A stretch of DNA of 64,000 nucleotides, from assembly GCF_054482525.1 (NCBI RefSeq), contig NZ_CM137006.1; one strand, 5' to 3'. The position numbers were made by a program, and so were the translations under genes. Positions 1 to 10,456 of the stretch are shown here, in pieces. Positions within the stretch are counted from its first letter, which is position 1. Every line of letters starts with the position of its first letter. A model generated the notes under the pieces. The model was not told the DNA's origin, made no database searches, and was given only the letters and a program-made list of their open reading frames with translations.

Positions 1-225
1 AAAGGTATTCCGGGCGTACCAATGGAACAACTGTGTATCCTGCTGGTGCTGTCTATCGGTATCATGGGCTGTCTGACGCCGTATGCAACCGGTCCTGGGG
101 TGATTATTTACGGCTGTGGCTATGTGAAATCAAAAGATTACTGGCGTCTTGGCGCAATCTTCGGGGTGATTTACATCTCTATGCTGCTGTTGGTTGGCTG
201 GCCGATTCTCGCCATGTGGAACTAA
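1..225 (+). CDS. citT: C-terminal fragment of a membrane transporter, probably citrate/succinate antiporter CitT (5' end outside window)
   Basis: Open frame from position 1 to stop at 225, hydrophobic C-terminus; position next to rna matches the K-12 map as I recall it. Confidence 0.5.
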   Translation, partial: KGIPGVPMEQLCILLVLSIGIMGCLTPYATGPGVIIYGCGYVKSKDYWRLGAIFGVIYISMLLLVGWPILAMWN

Positions 226-255
226 TACGTTCGTCAAACGCTGAATAAATCATCA

Positions 256-292
256 CGCCCGCCAGGTAAGCCCACCTGGCGGGCTTTTTTAT
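256..292 (+). terminator. Rho-independent terminator downstream of citT fragment
   Basis: GC-rich inverted repeat cgcccgccaggt / acctggcgggc followed by TTTTTT. Confidence 0.5.
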
Positions 293-338
293 GATTTAAT
301 AGATAGTATTCAGTATATGTATGAGTTCCACACCCATT

Positions 339-1145
339 ATGAAAGCATTCTGGCGTAACGCCGCGTTGCTCGCGGTTTCTCTGCTTCCCTTCTCTTCTGC
401 CAACGCCGTGGCGTTGCAGGCAAAACAGTATGGCGATTTTGATCGCTATGTCCTGGCCCTCTCCTGGCAAACCGGATTTTGCCAGAGTCAACACGATCGA
501 AATCGTAACGAACGAGATGAATGTCGCCTGCAAACCGAAACGACCAACAAAGCTGATTTTCTGACCGTACATGGTCTGTGGCCAGGATTGCCTAAATCGG
601 TTGCTGCCCGTGGTGTTGATGAACGCCGCTGGATGCGCTTCGGTTGCGCTACCCGCCCAATCCCGAATCTACCAGAAGCGCGCGCCAGCCGAATGTGTTC
701 ATCGCCGGAAACTGGGTTATCGCTGGAAACGGCAGCTAAACTAAGTGAAGTCATGCCAGGAGCTGGCGGACGTTCCTGCCTGGAACGCTACGAATATGCC
801 AAACACGGTGCCTGCTTTGGTTTTGATCCAGACGCATACTTCGGCACGATGGTACGCCTGAATCAAGAAATTAAAGAGAGCGAAGCCGGAAAATTCCTTG
901 CGGATAACTACGGTAAAACAGTGAGCCGCCGTGACTTTGACGCCGCCTTTGCCAAAAGCTGGGGAAAAGAGAACGTGAAAGCAGTTAAGCTAACATGCCA
1001 GGGTAACCCTGCGTATTTGACTGAAATTCAGATCTCGATCAAAGCTGACGCCATCAACGCTCCGCTTTCTGCCAACTCATTCTTGCCACAACCACACCCA
1101 GGCAACTGTGGCAAAACCTTTGTGATTGATAAAGCAGGTTATTAA
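339..1145 (+). CDS. rna: Ribonuclease I (periplasmic RNase T2 family)
   Basis: ORF 321-1145; start set at MKAFWRNAALLAVSLL (signal peptide) to give 268 aa, matching RNase I as I recall it. Confidence 0.9.
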   Translation: MKAFWRNAALLAVSLLPFSSANAVALQAKQYGDFDRYVLALSWQTGFCQSQHDRNRNERDECRLQTETTNKADFLTVHGLWPGLPKSVAARGVDERRWMRFGCATRPIPNLPEARASRMCSSPETGLSLETAAKLSEVMPGAGGRSCLERYEYAKHGACFGFDPDAYFGTMVRLNQEIKESEAGKFLADNYGKTVSRRDFDAAFAKSWGKENVKAVKLTCQGNPAYLTEIQISIKADAINAPLSANSFLPQPHPGNCGKTFVIDKAGY

Positions 1146-1291
1146 TCCTCTGATTTACAAAAGACGCTAATTCGTCTTCCATAAACCATGACGATTAAGA
1201 TTTATACATAATGCGCTGCATTGAGGAATTCCCTGAATGTGACGCAAATCACTTCAAAGAGTGAGCAACAGTCAGTATCATCATGTGAGTT

Positions 1292-1328
1292 AAACCCTCG
1301 CCGCCTGACGGTGAGGGTTTTCTTTTGG
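1292..1328 (+). terminator. Candidate rho-independent terminator after rna
   Basis: Hairpin ccctcgccg...cggtgaggg followed by tttcttttggg. Confidence 0.4.
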
Positions 1329-1374
1329 GTATGTTTATCTGCGACACTCGCAGTACCGACGACATGGAGTAAAA

Positions 1375-1785
1375 ATGTCCAGACCAACTATCATCATTAA
1401 CGACCTGGATGCCGAACGCATCGATATTCTGCTGGAGCAACCCGCCTATGCTGGTTTGCCAATCGCCGACGCGTTAAACGCAGAGTTGGATCGCGCCCAA
1501 ATGTGTTCGCCAGAAGAGATGCCACACGACGTGGTGACAATGAACAGCCGGGTTAAATTCCGCAATCTTAGCGATGGCGAAGTGCGTGTGCGCACGCTGG
1601 TGTATCCGGCAAAAATGACCGATAGCAATACTCAGCTTTCCGTTATGGCTCCGGTAGGTGCCGCACTGCTGGGGCTGCGCGTTGGCGATTCCATTCACTG
1701 GGAACTTCCGGGCGGCGTTGCAACCCACCTTGAAGTGCTGGAACTCGAATACCAGCCAGAAGCTGCTGGCGACTACCTGCTTTAA
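1375..1785 (+). CDS. rnk: Regulator of nucleoside diphosphate kinase (GreA/GreB-like C-terminal domain)
   Basis: 136-aa [25 protein letters not shown]...; matches Rnk. Confidence 0.9.
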
Positions 1786-2140
1786 TCCCATCTGCACAAG
1801 CGATAACTCGCTTTGCCCAGAGGATGCACTCGCATCCTCTTTCCGCTCAAATATCAACCAGATTTATCATTTTGCTCTTAAGCGCAGCATTCTAATCTGA
1901 ACTGGTTATTCATCTGCGGAACCTCATATGAGCGAAGCTCTCGGTATCACTGCATTTTATATATTCATAGCCGCAATTATTGTTGCTGCAGTGCTATACC
2001 TTGAACAACGCTGGTAGCGCCTGGTTTTATTTATTTTCCAGCTCAATAGCAAATTCAGATCAAATCAGCCTCGCAAATCATAGATTCATAACCAATAATG
2101 TGCTGTTATGTATACATGCAAAAACAAGGAGAGAATGCTT

Positions 2141-2569
2141 ATGTACAAAACAATCATCATGCCAGTGGATGTTTTCGAAATGGAATTGAGCGACAAAGCG
2201 GTTCGCCACGCTGAATTCCTCGCCCAGGATGACGGAGTTATTAATCTACTTCACGTACTACCGGGGTCAGCCAGCCTGAGCCTGCACCGTTTTGCCGCTG
2301 ATGTGCGTCGTTTTGAAGAGCATCTGCAACATGAAGCAGAAGAACGTCTGCAAACGATGGTCAGCCACTTCACCATCGATCCTTCCCGCATTAAGCAACA
2401 TGTCCGTTTTGGTAGTGTGCGGGATGAAGTTAACGAGTTAGCGAAAGAACTTGATGCAGATGTAGTAGTGATTGGTTCGCGCAACCCATCGATTTCGACC
2501 CATCTGTTAGGTTCTAACGCCTCAAGCGTTATCCGCCACGCCAATCTGCCGGTGCTGGTTGTGCGTTAA
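2141..2569 (+). CDS. uspG: Universal stress protein G
   Basis: ORF 2108-2569; start at [11 protein letters not shown] gives 142 aa, preceded by aaggagaga RBS. Confidence 0.9.
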   Translation: MYKTIIMPVDVFEMELSDKAVRHAEFLAQDDGVINLLHVLPGSASLSLHRFAADVRRFEEHLQHEAEERLQTMVSHFTIDPSRIKQHVRFGSVRDEVNELAKELDADVVVIGSRNPSISTHLLGSNASSVIRHANLPVLVVR

Positions 2570-2585
2570 TTGCCAGAATAAATAT

Positions 2586-2661
2586 CCCGCCCTGCCCGGA
2601 GCCATCCCGGCGGGGCTTTTTATTGCCATAAAAAAGCCGCCAGGTTTGACCCCGGCGGCTA
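2586..2661. terminator. Bidirectional terminator region between convergent uspG and ahpF
   Basis: Two GC-rich hairpins (cccggagccatcccggcgggg + TTTTTATT; on minus strand agccgccgggg...cctggcggc + TTTTTT). Confidence 0.45.
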
Positions 2662-2689
2662 AGCAATTGCAGGTGAATCTTACTTCTTC

Positions 2690-4255
2690 TTATGCAGTTT
2701 TGGTGCGAATCAGGTAGTCAAAAGCACTCAGAGAGGCTTTGGCACCTTCGCCAGTGGCGATGATGATCTGCTTGTACGGAACCGTCGTACAGTCACCCGC
2801 TGCGAACACGCCTTTCACGTTGGTTTCGCATTTCGCATCAATGATAATCTCGCCCATGCGGTTACGTTCGACTGCGCCTTCGAGCCAGTTGGTGTTCGGC
2901 AGCAGACCAATCTGCACGAAAATACCGGCCAGTTCGATGTTGTGAATATCGCCGCTGACACGATCTCGATATTCCAGACCAATGACTTTGCTGCCGTCGC
3001 CTTTCACTTCCGTAGTTTGCGCATTCAGAATAATGTCGACGTTTTTCAGGCTGCGCAGTTTGTCCTGCAGAACCTGGTCGGCTTTCATTTCTGGCGCAAA
3101 TTCCAGCAGCGTTACGTGCTCAACGATACCCGCCAGGTCGATTGCCGCTTCCACGCCGGAGTTACCGCCGCCGATAACCGCTACGCGTTTGCCTTTAAAC
3201 AGCGGGCCGTCGCAGTGCGGGCAGTAGGTCACGCCTTTGGTGCGATACTGATCTTCGCCCGGAACGTTCATGTTGCGCCATTTTGCACCGGTCGCCACGA
3301 TAATGCTGCGTGCTTTCAGTACCGCGCCAGAAGCTGTTTCAATCTGATGCAGACCACCTTCAACCGCTGCCGGGATCAGTTTGCTGGCGCTCTGGCTGTC
3401 GATCACATCAACGTCGTATTCATCAACGTGAACTTTCAGCGCTCCTGCCAGCTTCTGCCCTTCAGTCTTCGGTACAGAAATGTAGTTTTCGATATCAACG
3501 GTATCGAGGATCTGACCACCAAAACGTTCGCCCATCAGACCAGTACGGATGCCTTTACGTGCGGAGTAAATTGCTGCCGCTGCACCCGCTGGGCCGGAAC
3601 CGACGATTAATACGTCATAAGCATCACGCTTGTTCAGCTCTTCTGCCGCACGTTTTTCCGCGCCAGTATCAATTTTGGCGACGATTTCAGTCAACGTCAT
3701 GCGACCCTGACCAAACTCTTTCCCGTTTACGAATACTGCCGGAACGCCCATCACGTTGCGATCGGTGATTTCGTTCTGGAAGGTACCTCCGTCAATTGCA
3801 GTGTGCTTGATGCGCGGGTTCAGTACGCTCATCAGGTTCAGCGCCTGCACCACATCCGGGCAGTTGTGGCAAGAGAGCGAGTAATAGGTTTCGAATTCAA
3901 AATCACCGTCAATATGGCGAATCTGCTCCAGCAGAGACTGCGCTTCTTTCGACGGATGACCACCGGTCCACAACAACGCCAGTACCAGCGAGGTAAACTC
4001 GTGGCCCAGCGGGGAACCTGCAAAACGTGGCCCCTGGTTAGAACCTGGGTTGGTGATCAGGAAAGACGGCTTACGCACCGGCAAGCTGTTATCTTCTTTA
4101 AAGGTGACTTTGTCTGACAGTTCTGCGATTTCAGCCAACAGTTCCTTGATTTCTGCCGATTTAGCGCTGTCATCCAGCGTGGCAATTAACTCAACAGGCT
4201 TGGTCAATTTCTCAAGGTAAGCCTTGAGTTGAGTTTTCATATTTGTGTCGAGCAT
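2690..4255 (-). CDS. ahpF: Alkyl hydroperoxide reductase subunit F (flavoprotein disulfide reductase)
   Basis: ORF 2690-4285; start at [17 protein letters not shown] gives 521 aa; paired-cysteine and FAD/NAD motifs (GSGPAG, CPHCDG). Confidence 0.95.
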   Translation of the reverse strand: MLDTNMKTQLKAYLEKLTKPVELIATLDDSAKSAEIKELLAEIAELSDKVTFKEDNSLPVRKPSFLITNPGSNQGPRFAGSPLGHEFTSLVLALLWTGGHPSKEAQSLLEQIRHIDGDFEFETYYSLSCHNCPDVVQALNLMSVLNPRIKHTAIDGGTFQNEITDRNVMGVPAVFVNGKEFGQGRMTLTEIVAKIDTGAEKRAAEELNKRDAYDVLIVGSGPAGAAAAIYSARKGIRTGLMGERFGGQILDTVDIENYISVPKTEGQKLAGALKVHVDEYDVDVIDSQSASKLIPAAVEGGLHQIETASGAVLKARSIIVATGAKWRNMNVPGEDQYRTKGVTYCPHCDGPLFKGKRVAVIGGGNSGVEAAIDLAGIVEHVTLLEFAPEMKADQVLQDKLRSLKNVDIILNAQTTEVKGDGSKVIGLEYRDRVSGDIHNIELAGIFVQIGLLPNTNWLEGAVERNRMGEIIIDAKCETNVKGVFAAGDCTTVPYKQIIIATGEGAKASLSAFDYLIRTKTA

Positions 4256-4425
4256 GTTTATCTCCTGGGCTTTAAACATCATCATGCAAGCGGCCTCTGC
4301 GGCTACCTGGATGCAGCTTGCATCATGGTGCGGGGAAGAAAATCGGGTGCCGCAGCACCCGAAGAATTAGGTGAATTTCCGAAGTATTTCGCGCCGGAGT
4401 TGGTAGCGCGAAAGACGAAGGAAAT

Positions 4426-4989
4426 TTAGATTTTACCAACCAGGTCCAGAGACGGAGCCAGAGTTGCTTCACCTTCTTTCCATTTAGCCGGGCAAACTTC
4501 ACCTGGGTGAGAAGCTACGTACTGTGCTGCTTTGATTTTACGCAGCAGGTCAGACGCGTCACGGCCAATGCCTTCAGCAGTAACTTCGATTGCCTGGATG
4601 ATACCCTGCGGGTCAACAACGAAGGTCGCACGGTCAGCCAGACCTTCATCTTCACGCATGTTGTCGAAGTTACGGGTCAGGGCGCCAGTCGGGTCGCCGA
4701 TCATCGCATATTTGATTTTAGCGATGGTTTCAGAGCTGCTGTGCCATGCTTTGTGGGTGAAGTGAGTATCGGTAGATACTGCGTATACGTCTACGCCCAG
4801 TTTCTGCAGTTCTTCGTAGTGGTCAGCAACGTCACCCAGTTCGGTCGGGCATACGAAAGTAAAGTCAGCCGGGTAGAAGAAGAAGACGCTCCAGCGGCCT
4901 TCGGTATCTTTTTCGGTGATTTCGATGAATTCGCCGTTTTTGAATGCCTGGTTTTTAAAAGGTTTAATTTTGGTGTTAATCAAGGACAT
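4426..4989 (-). CDS. ahpC: Alkyl hydroperoxide reductase subunit C (2-Cys peroxiredoxin)
   Basis: 187-aa [24 protein letters not shown]...FTFVCPTE... classical AhpC. Confidence 0.95.
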   Translation of the reverse strand: MSLINTKIKPFKNQAFKNGEFIEITEKDTEGRWSVFFFYPADFTFVCPTELGDVADHYEELQKLGVDVYAVSTDTHFTHKAWHSSSETIAKIKYAMIGDPTGALTRNFDNMREDEGLADRATFVVDPQGIIQAIEVTAEGIGRDASDLLRKIKAAQYVASHPGEVCPAKWKEGEATLAPSLDLVGKI

Positions 4990-5360
4990 CTATACTTCCT
5001 CCGTGTTTTCGATGAGATGTAAGGTAACCAATTTTTGCCGATTCGGCTAATGCGTTTCCATTATCAAATCGATAAGTTTTACCTTACAACCTTCGTAAGA
5101 CAACTTTGTGAACTTTGCACCGCCAGCGGCGATAAAAAGTAAAATGGCCCCCTTTCCAGGTGACCGTGTAATCTGAACTACCCTTTGGTATCTTCAGCGC
5201 CTGCCTGCAGGCTGAGGTGTTGCCCTTACAAATGCAACAACGACATGGATTACAACACCCTCATAAACAAAGGGCAATCACCTGATCTAAGCTCTTACCT
5301 ATGGCAGTGATAGGTTATGCCTTTTACCCGACTTTTGCACTGACTGAAAAGGACAAATTA

Positions 5361-6107
5361 ATGTTAAAAAAGATACTTTTACTGGCTCTGCTTCCTGCAA
5401 TCGCCTTCGCAGAGGAACTTCCTGATCCAGTAAAAGCGATTGAAAAACAGGGTATTACGATCATCAAAACATTCGATGCTCCCGGAGGAATGAAAGGTTA
5501 TCTCGGAAAGTATCAGGATATGGGCGTCACCATCTACCTGACTCCAGATGGTAAGCACGCTATCTCCGGTTACATGTACAACGAGAAAGGTGAAAACCTG
5601 AGTAACACACTTATCGAAAAAGAAATTTACGCACCAGCCGGACGCGAAATGTGGCAACGGATGGAACAATCCCACTGGCTCCTCGACGGTAAAAAAGACG
5701 CGCCGGTCATTGTCTACGTCTTCGCCGATCCGTTCTGCCCATATTGTAAACAGTTCTGGCAGCAGGCTCGCCCGTGGGTTGATTCTGGCAAAGTGCAATT
5801 AAGAACATTGTTGGTTGGCGTTATCAAGCCAGAAAGCCCGGCGACAGCAGCGGCAATTCTTGCCGCCAAAGATCCCGCAAAAACCTGGCAAGAATATGAA
5901 GCCTCTGGTGGCAAGCTTAAGCTAAACGTGCCTGCAAACGTAAGTACAGAGCAAATGAAAGTGTTAAGCGACAACGAAAAACTGATGGACGATCTGGGGG
6001 CAAATGTCACACCAGCTATCTACTACATGAGTAAGGAAAATACGCTGCAACAGGCCGTGGGGTTGCCCGATCAGAAAACGCTTAATATCATTATGGGGAA
6101 TAAATAA
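5361..6107 (+). CDS. dsbG: Periplasmic thiol:disulfide interchange protein DsbG
   Basis: ORF 5301-6107; start at [17 protein letters not shown] (signal peptide) gives 248 aa; CPYC active site present. Confidence 0.9.
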   Translation: MLKKILLLALLPAIAFAEELPDPVKAIEKQGITIIKTFDAPGGMKGYLGKYQDMGVTIYLTPDGKHAISGYMYNEKGENLSNTLIEKEIYAPAGREMWQRMEQSHWLLDGKKDAPVIVYVFADPFCPYCKQFWQQARPWVDSGKVQLRTLLVGVIKPESPATAAAILAAKDPAKTWQEYEASGGKLKLNVPANVSTEQMKVLSDNEKLMDDLGANVTPAIYYMSKENTLQQAVGLPDQKTLNIIMGNK

Positions 6108-6314
6108 AAGATAATTCATGGATGGTTGAAATATATCCCTGTTTTTCAACCATCCTAAAAAAGCATGAATTGCTCGCTCTGCCCTAAGTGGCTGTGCTAT
6201 TTTAGAAAAACTTAACTCTGAGTTAAGCAAAAAAACATAATACAAATAAATACAACAGCAACATTATTGAACAAATGAATGATTTATAGAAGAGATAATA
6301 TAACGGAGTATGTT

Positions 6315-7217
6315 ATGGCGAATCTTTATGACCTAAAAAAATTTGATCTGAATTTACTGGTCATATTTGAGTGCATTTATCAACACCTCAGCATTAGCAA
6401 AGCAGCAGAATCATTATATATAACGCCATCTGCCGTTAGTCAGTCGTTACAACGTTTACGTGCGCAATTTAATGACCCGTTATTCATTCGCTCAGGGAAA
6501 GGTATCGCGCCGACTACGACAGGGTTAAATCTGCATCATCATCTTGAGAAAAATCTCAGAGGCATTGAACAAACGATCAATATTGTTAATAAGTCTGAGC
6601 TGAAGAAAAATTTTATTATCTACGGCCCTCAGCTTATTTCTTGTACTAATAACAACATGCTAATCCGCTGTCTTAGACAAGATACTTCAATCGATATAGA
6701 ATGCCATGACATACTGCTTTCAGCTGAAAATGCCGAAGAACTGTTGGTTCAACGCAAAACTGACCTGGCAATTACACTACAACCAGTAATTAGCCGCTCT
6801 GTCATCTGCATGCCGTTACATACTATTCGCAATTCTCTTATATGTAGCAATAAACATCCTCGTATTACCGATACCAGTAACTATGAACAAATTATCGCCG
6901 AAGAATTCACCTTGTTGATATCTAAATCAGCAGGGATTGACGAAATTCAAATGGACATAGATGAACGTTTTATGAACCGTAAAGTTTCATTTCGCAGTTC
7001 TTCTTTGTTGACGATAATTAATAGTATTTCTGTTACTGACTTATTGGGCATTGTGCCCACCGAACTGTACGATTTACATCGTGATTTTTTGAAGTTACAA
7101 GAGATAAAACTGGAACGACCACTTCCTGCGGTTAAACTTTATATTTCCTATAACAAGGCTTCGTTGAACAACCTTGTCTTCTCACGATTCATAGATCGTT
7201 TAAATGATAGCTTCTGA
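6315..7217 (+). CDS. ybdO: LysR-family transcriptional regulator YbdO (very AT-rich gene)
   Basis: ORF 6279-7217; N-terminal HTH (LNLLVIFECIYQHLSISKAAESLYITPSAVSQSLQRLR); start at MANLYDL gives 300 aa. Confidence 0.8.
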   Translation: MANLYDLKKFDLNLLVIFECIYQHLSISKAAESLYITPSAVSQSLQRLRAQFNDPLFIRSGKGIAPTTTGLNLHHHLEKNLRGIEQTINIVNKSELKKNFIIYGPQLISCTNNNMLIRCLRQDTSIDIECHDILLSAENAEELLVQRKTDLAITLQPVISRSVICMPLHTIRNSLICSNKHPRITDTSNYEQIIAEEFTLLISKSAGIDEIQMDIDERFMNRKVSFRSSSLLTIINSISVTDLLGIVPTELYDLHRDFLKLQEIKLERPLPAVKLYISYNKASLNNLVFSRFIDRLNDSF

Positions 7218-7363
7218 TTTATTACCACTGATAAATGTTATATTACGCATCAATTGATTCATTGTGTGAATATAAAATAATGTGCTCTATCTTGCTTCGT
7301 TTACCCTATAATTAGCGGATTCATCTCACGAGTCACCCCGTAACGTTCAGAGAGCGTTTTCAG

Positions 7364-8584
7364 ATGTCTATTTATAAAATTCCTCTTCCGCTCAATATTC
7401 TGGAAGCTGCACGAGAGCGTATTACCTGGACACTCAACACCCTACCCCGCGTTTGTGTCTCATTTTCTGGCGGCAAAGACTCTGGTTTAATGCTGCATCT
7501 GACAGCCGAACTTGCCCGACAAATGGGCAAAAAAATCTGCGTTTTGTTTATCGACTGGGAGGCGCAATTCTCTTGCACCATTAACTATGTTCAGTCCCTG
7601 CGCGAGTTGTACACCGATGTCATCGAAGAGTTTTACTGGGTTGCGCTCCCGCTTACAACGCAAAATTCCCTATCACAATACCAACCCGAATGGCAGTGCT
7701 GGGAACCTGATGTCGAATGGGTACGTCAGCCTCCGCAAGATGCGATAACCGATCCTGACTTTTTCTCCTTTTACCAGCCAGGCATGACCTTCGAACAATT
7801 TGTGCGTGAGTTTGCCGAATGGTTTTCGCAAAAACGTCCGGCGGCGATGATGATCGGCATCCGTGCGGATGAGTCCTACAACCGTTTTGTCGCCATCGCC
7901 AGTTTAAATAAACAACGTTTTGCCGATGATAAGCCCTGGACTACTGCCGCACCAGGCGGTCATAGCTGGTACATTTACCCCATCTACGACTGGAAAGTCG
8001 CTGATATCTGGACCTGGTATGCTAGCCATCAACGCCTCTGTAACCCACTGTATAATATAATGTATCAGGCAGGCGTTCCTCTACGTCATATGCGAATTTG
8101 CGAACCTTTTGGTCCGGAACAACGGCAAGGATTATGGCTCTATCACGTTATCGAACCGGATCGCTGGGCTGCTATGTGCGCACGAGTCAGCGGGGTAAAA
8201 AGTGGCGGCATTTACGCCGGACATGACAACCATTTTTATGGTCATCGGAAAATCCTCAAGCCCGAACATTTAGACTGGCAGGAGTATGCATTATTGCTAC
8301 TCAACAGCATGCCGGAGAAAACATCTGAGCATTATCGCAATAAAATCGCCATTTATTTGCACTGGTATCAGAAAAAAGGCATCGAGGTTCCACAAACCCA
8401 GCAAGGGGACATTGGCGCGAAAGATATCCCCTCCTGGCGGCGAATATGCAAAGTTTTACTCAATAACGATTACTGGTGTCGGGCATTATCATTTAGCCCG
8501 ACCAAAGCGAAGAACTATCAGCGTTATAACGAACGAATAAAAGGAAAACGTCAGGAATGGGGGATACTATGCAACAACGATTAA
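7364..8584 (+). CDS. ybdN: PAPS-reductase-like PP-loop ATP pyrophosphatase family protein YbdN (IbrA-like)
   Basis: 406-aa ORF with PP-loop motif SFSGGKDSGLML near N-terminus. Confidence 0.85.
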   Translation: MSIYKIPLPLNILEAARERITWTLNTLPRVCVSFSGGKDSGLMLHLTAELARQMGKKICVLFIDWEAQFSCTINYVQSLRELYTDVIEEFYWVALPLTTQNSLSQYQPEWQCWEPDVEWVRQPPQDAITDPDFFSFYQPGMTFEQFVREFAEWFSQKRPAAMMIGIRADESYNRFVAIASLNKQRFADDKPWTTAAPGGHSWYIYPIYDWKVADIWTWYASHQRLCNPLYNIMYQAGVPLRHMRICEPFGPEQRQGLWLYHVIEPDRWAAMCARVSGVKSGGIYAGHDNHFYGHRKILKPEHLDWQEYALLLLNSMPEKTSEHYRNKIAIYLHWYQKKGIEVPQTQQGDIGAKDIPSWRRICKVLLNNDYWCRALSFSPTKAKNYQRYNERIKGKRQEWGILCNND

Positions 8585-9186
8585 CGCAGGATTTAACCCA
8601 ATTTCTCGCCAGCTTGCCGGAAGACGATCGCATCAAAGCGATTAATGAAATCCGCATGGCGATCCATCAGGTTAGCCCCTTTCGAGAAGAGCCAGTGGAT
8701 TGCGTTCTGTGGGTTAAAAACAGCCAACTTATGCCTAATGATTACAACCCAAACAACGTGGCACCACCCGAAAAAAAACTGCTGAAAAAATCCATTGAAA
8801 TAGATGGTTTTACCCAACCCATTGTGGTCACGCATACGGATAAAAATGCCCTGGAAATCGTGGATGGTTTTCACCGCCATGAAATTGGTAAAGGCTCATC
8901 ATCGTTAAAATTACGCTTAAAAGGTTATTTGCCGGTGACCTGTCTGGAAGGTACGCGTAATCAACGCATCGCCGCGACTATTCGTCATAACCGCGCTCGT
9001 GGTCGCCACCAAATCACTGCCATGTCCGAAATTGTTCGTGAACTCAGCCAGTTGGGATGGGACGATCATAAAATCGGCAAAGAGCTGGGAATGGACAGCG
9101 ACGAAGTGCTGCGCCTGAAGCAAATTAACGGCCTGCAAGAACTGTTTGCCGACCGTCAATTTTCCCGCGCCTGGACGGTTAAATAA
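8557..9186 (+). CDS. ybdM: ParB-like nuclease domain protein YbdM (IbrB-like)
   Basis: 209-aa ORF overlapping the ybdN 3' end by 28 bp; ParB/Spo0J-like N-terminal region by family recollection. Confidence 0.8.
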   Translation: MGDTMQQRLTQDLTQFLASLPEDDRIKAINEIRMAIHQVSPFREEPVDCVLWVKNSQLMPNDYNPNNVAPPEKKLLKKSIEIDGFTQPIVVTHTDKNALEIVDGFHRHEIGKGSSSLKLRLKGYLPVTCLEGTRNQRIAATIRHNRARGRHQITAMSEIVRELSQLGWDDHKIGKELGMDSDEVLRLKQINGLQELFADRQFSRAWTVK

Positions 9187-10347
9187 CTACAGCTGGCGCA
9201 GGCGTTCAGCTGCTGCCAGCAACGTCGATTCCTTCTTGGCAAAACAGAGACGAATCAGTTTATGGGGGAAGGGATCGGCGCAAAACACCGACAGCGGAAT
9301 CGCCGCTACACCGTGCTCCCGCGTCAGCCACTGGCAAAACTCAACGTCATCCAGCGAAGAAACCGCGCTGTAATCCACCAGCAAAAAGTAAGTGCCTTCG
9401 CACGGTAAAATCTCCAGCCGACTCTCACTTAAGGCATTCACCAGAATATCGCGTTTCTGGCGATAAAAGTCCGGTAACGCAAGATAATGCTCAGGTTCTG
9501 CACGTAGCATATCCGCAAGTGCCAGCTGTGCCGGGGTATTCACCGAAAAGGTCAGATACTGGTGTACCTTGCGAATTTCAGCGCTGATGGGCGCTGGCGC
9601 AACGCAATAACCCACTTTCCAGCCGGTCATATGATAGGTCTTGCCAAATGAAGAAACTGCCACCGCCCGCTCACGCAGCTGCGGATGCGCCTGCACGCTG
9701 GCATGGCCCTGTTGTGAAAAGTTGATGTGCTCGTAAACTTCATCGCTAATGACAAAAATCTCGTGCCCGGCAATTGCCTGCCACAAAGCGGCGAAATCAG
9801 CCTGCTGCCAGACAGTTGCACTGGGGTTATGCGGGGTGTTGAGGATCACCAGTCGGGTGCGCTCGCTTAACAATGCGGCAAATTCCTGCCAGTCCACGCG
9901 AAAATGCGGTGGTTGCAGTGCAATACGTTTCACTATTCCCCCCGAAAGCGCGATGGCGGGCGCGTAACTGTCATAGCTGGGATCAAAGCAGATCACTTCA
10001 TCACCATTGCGCACCAATGCGGTAATCGCTGCATATAACGCTTCCGTCGCCCCTGCCGTTACGGTGATATCACTATCGGCATCCGGTTGATAGCCATACA
10101 GACGTTCCGTTTTCTGAGCAATCGCCTCGCGCAAGGCCTGCACGCCAGTCATAGGCGCGTATTGGTTTGCCCCCTGGTCAACATGGTACGCCAGCCGCTC
10201 CTGCAAATAGCGCGGACCATCAAAATCAGGAAAGCCTTGCGACAGGTTAATCGCCTGGTGTTGCTGCGCCAGCGCGCTCATCTGGGTGAAAATAGTGGTG
10301 CCAAGTTGTGGAAGTTTGCTTTGTGGAATCAGAGGGTTATTTGTCAT
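9187..10347 (-). CDS. ybdL: PLP-dependent methionine aminotransferase YbdL
   Basis: 386-aa ORF, aminotransferase class I features (SFGKTYHMTGWKVGY lysine motif). Confidence 0.9.
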   Translation of the reverse strand: MTNNPLIPQSKLPQLGTTIFTQMSALAQQHQAINLSQGFPDFDGPRYLQERLAYHVDQGANQYAPMTGVQALREAIAQKTERLYGYQPDADSDITVTAGATEALYAAITALVRNGDEVICFDPSYDSYAPAIALSGGIVKRIALQPPHFRVDWQEFAALLSERTRLVILNTPHNPSATVWQQADFAALWQAIAGHEIFVISDEVYEHINFSQQGHASVQAHPQLRERAVAVSSFGKTYHMTGWKVGYCVAPAPISAEIRKVHQYLTFSVNTPAQLALADMLRAEPEHYLALPDFYRQKRDILVNALSESRLEILPCEGTYFLLVDYSAVSSLDDVEFCQWLTREHGVAAIPLSVFCADPFPHKLIRLCFAKKESTLLAAAERLRQL

Positions 10348-10456
10348 TTTTTATTGTGCCTGACGAAGTTGCGTGTTGAAGGCACTATAACACGATGCTA
10401 GTATTTGGCAATCAAGACGTTTAGATGTCTAAATAAAACAATAGGGACAACACAAC

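Noticed and set aside
2942-3768. Plus-strand ORFs of 222 and 152 aa overlapping ahpF
   Set aside because: Antisense to the conserved ahpF frame; no ribosome-binding site or family resemblance.
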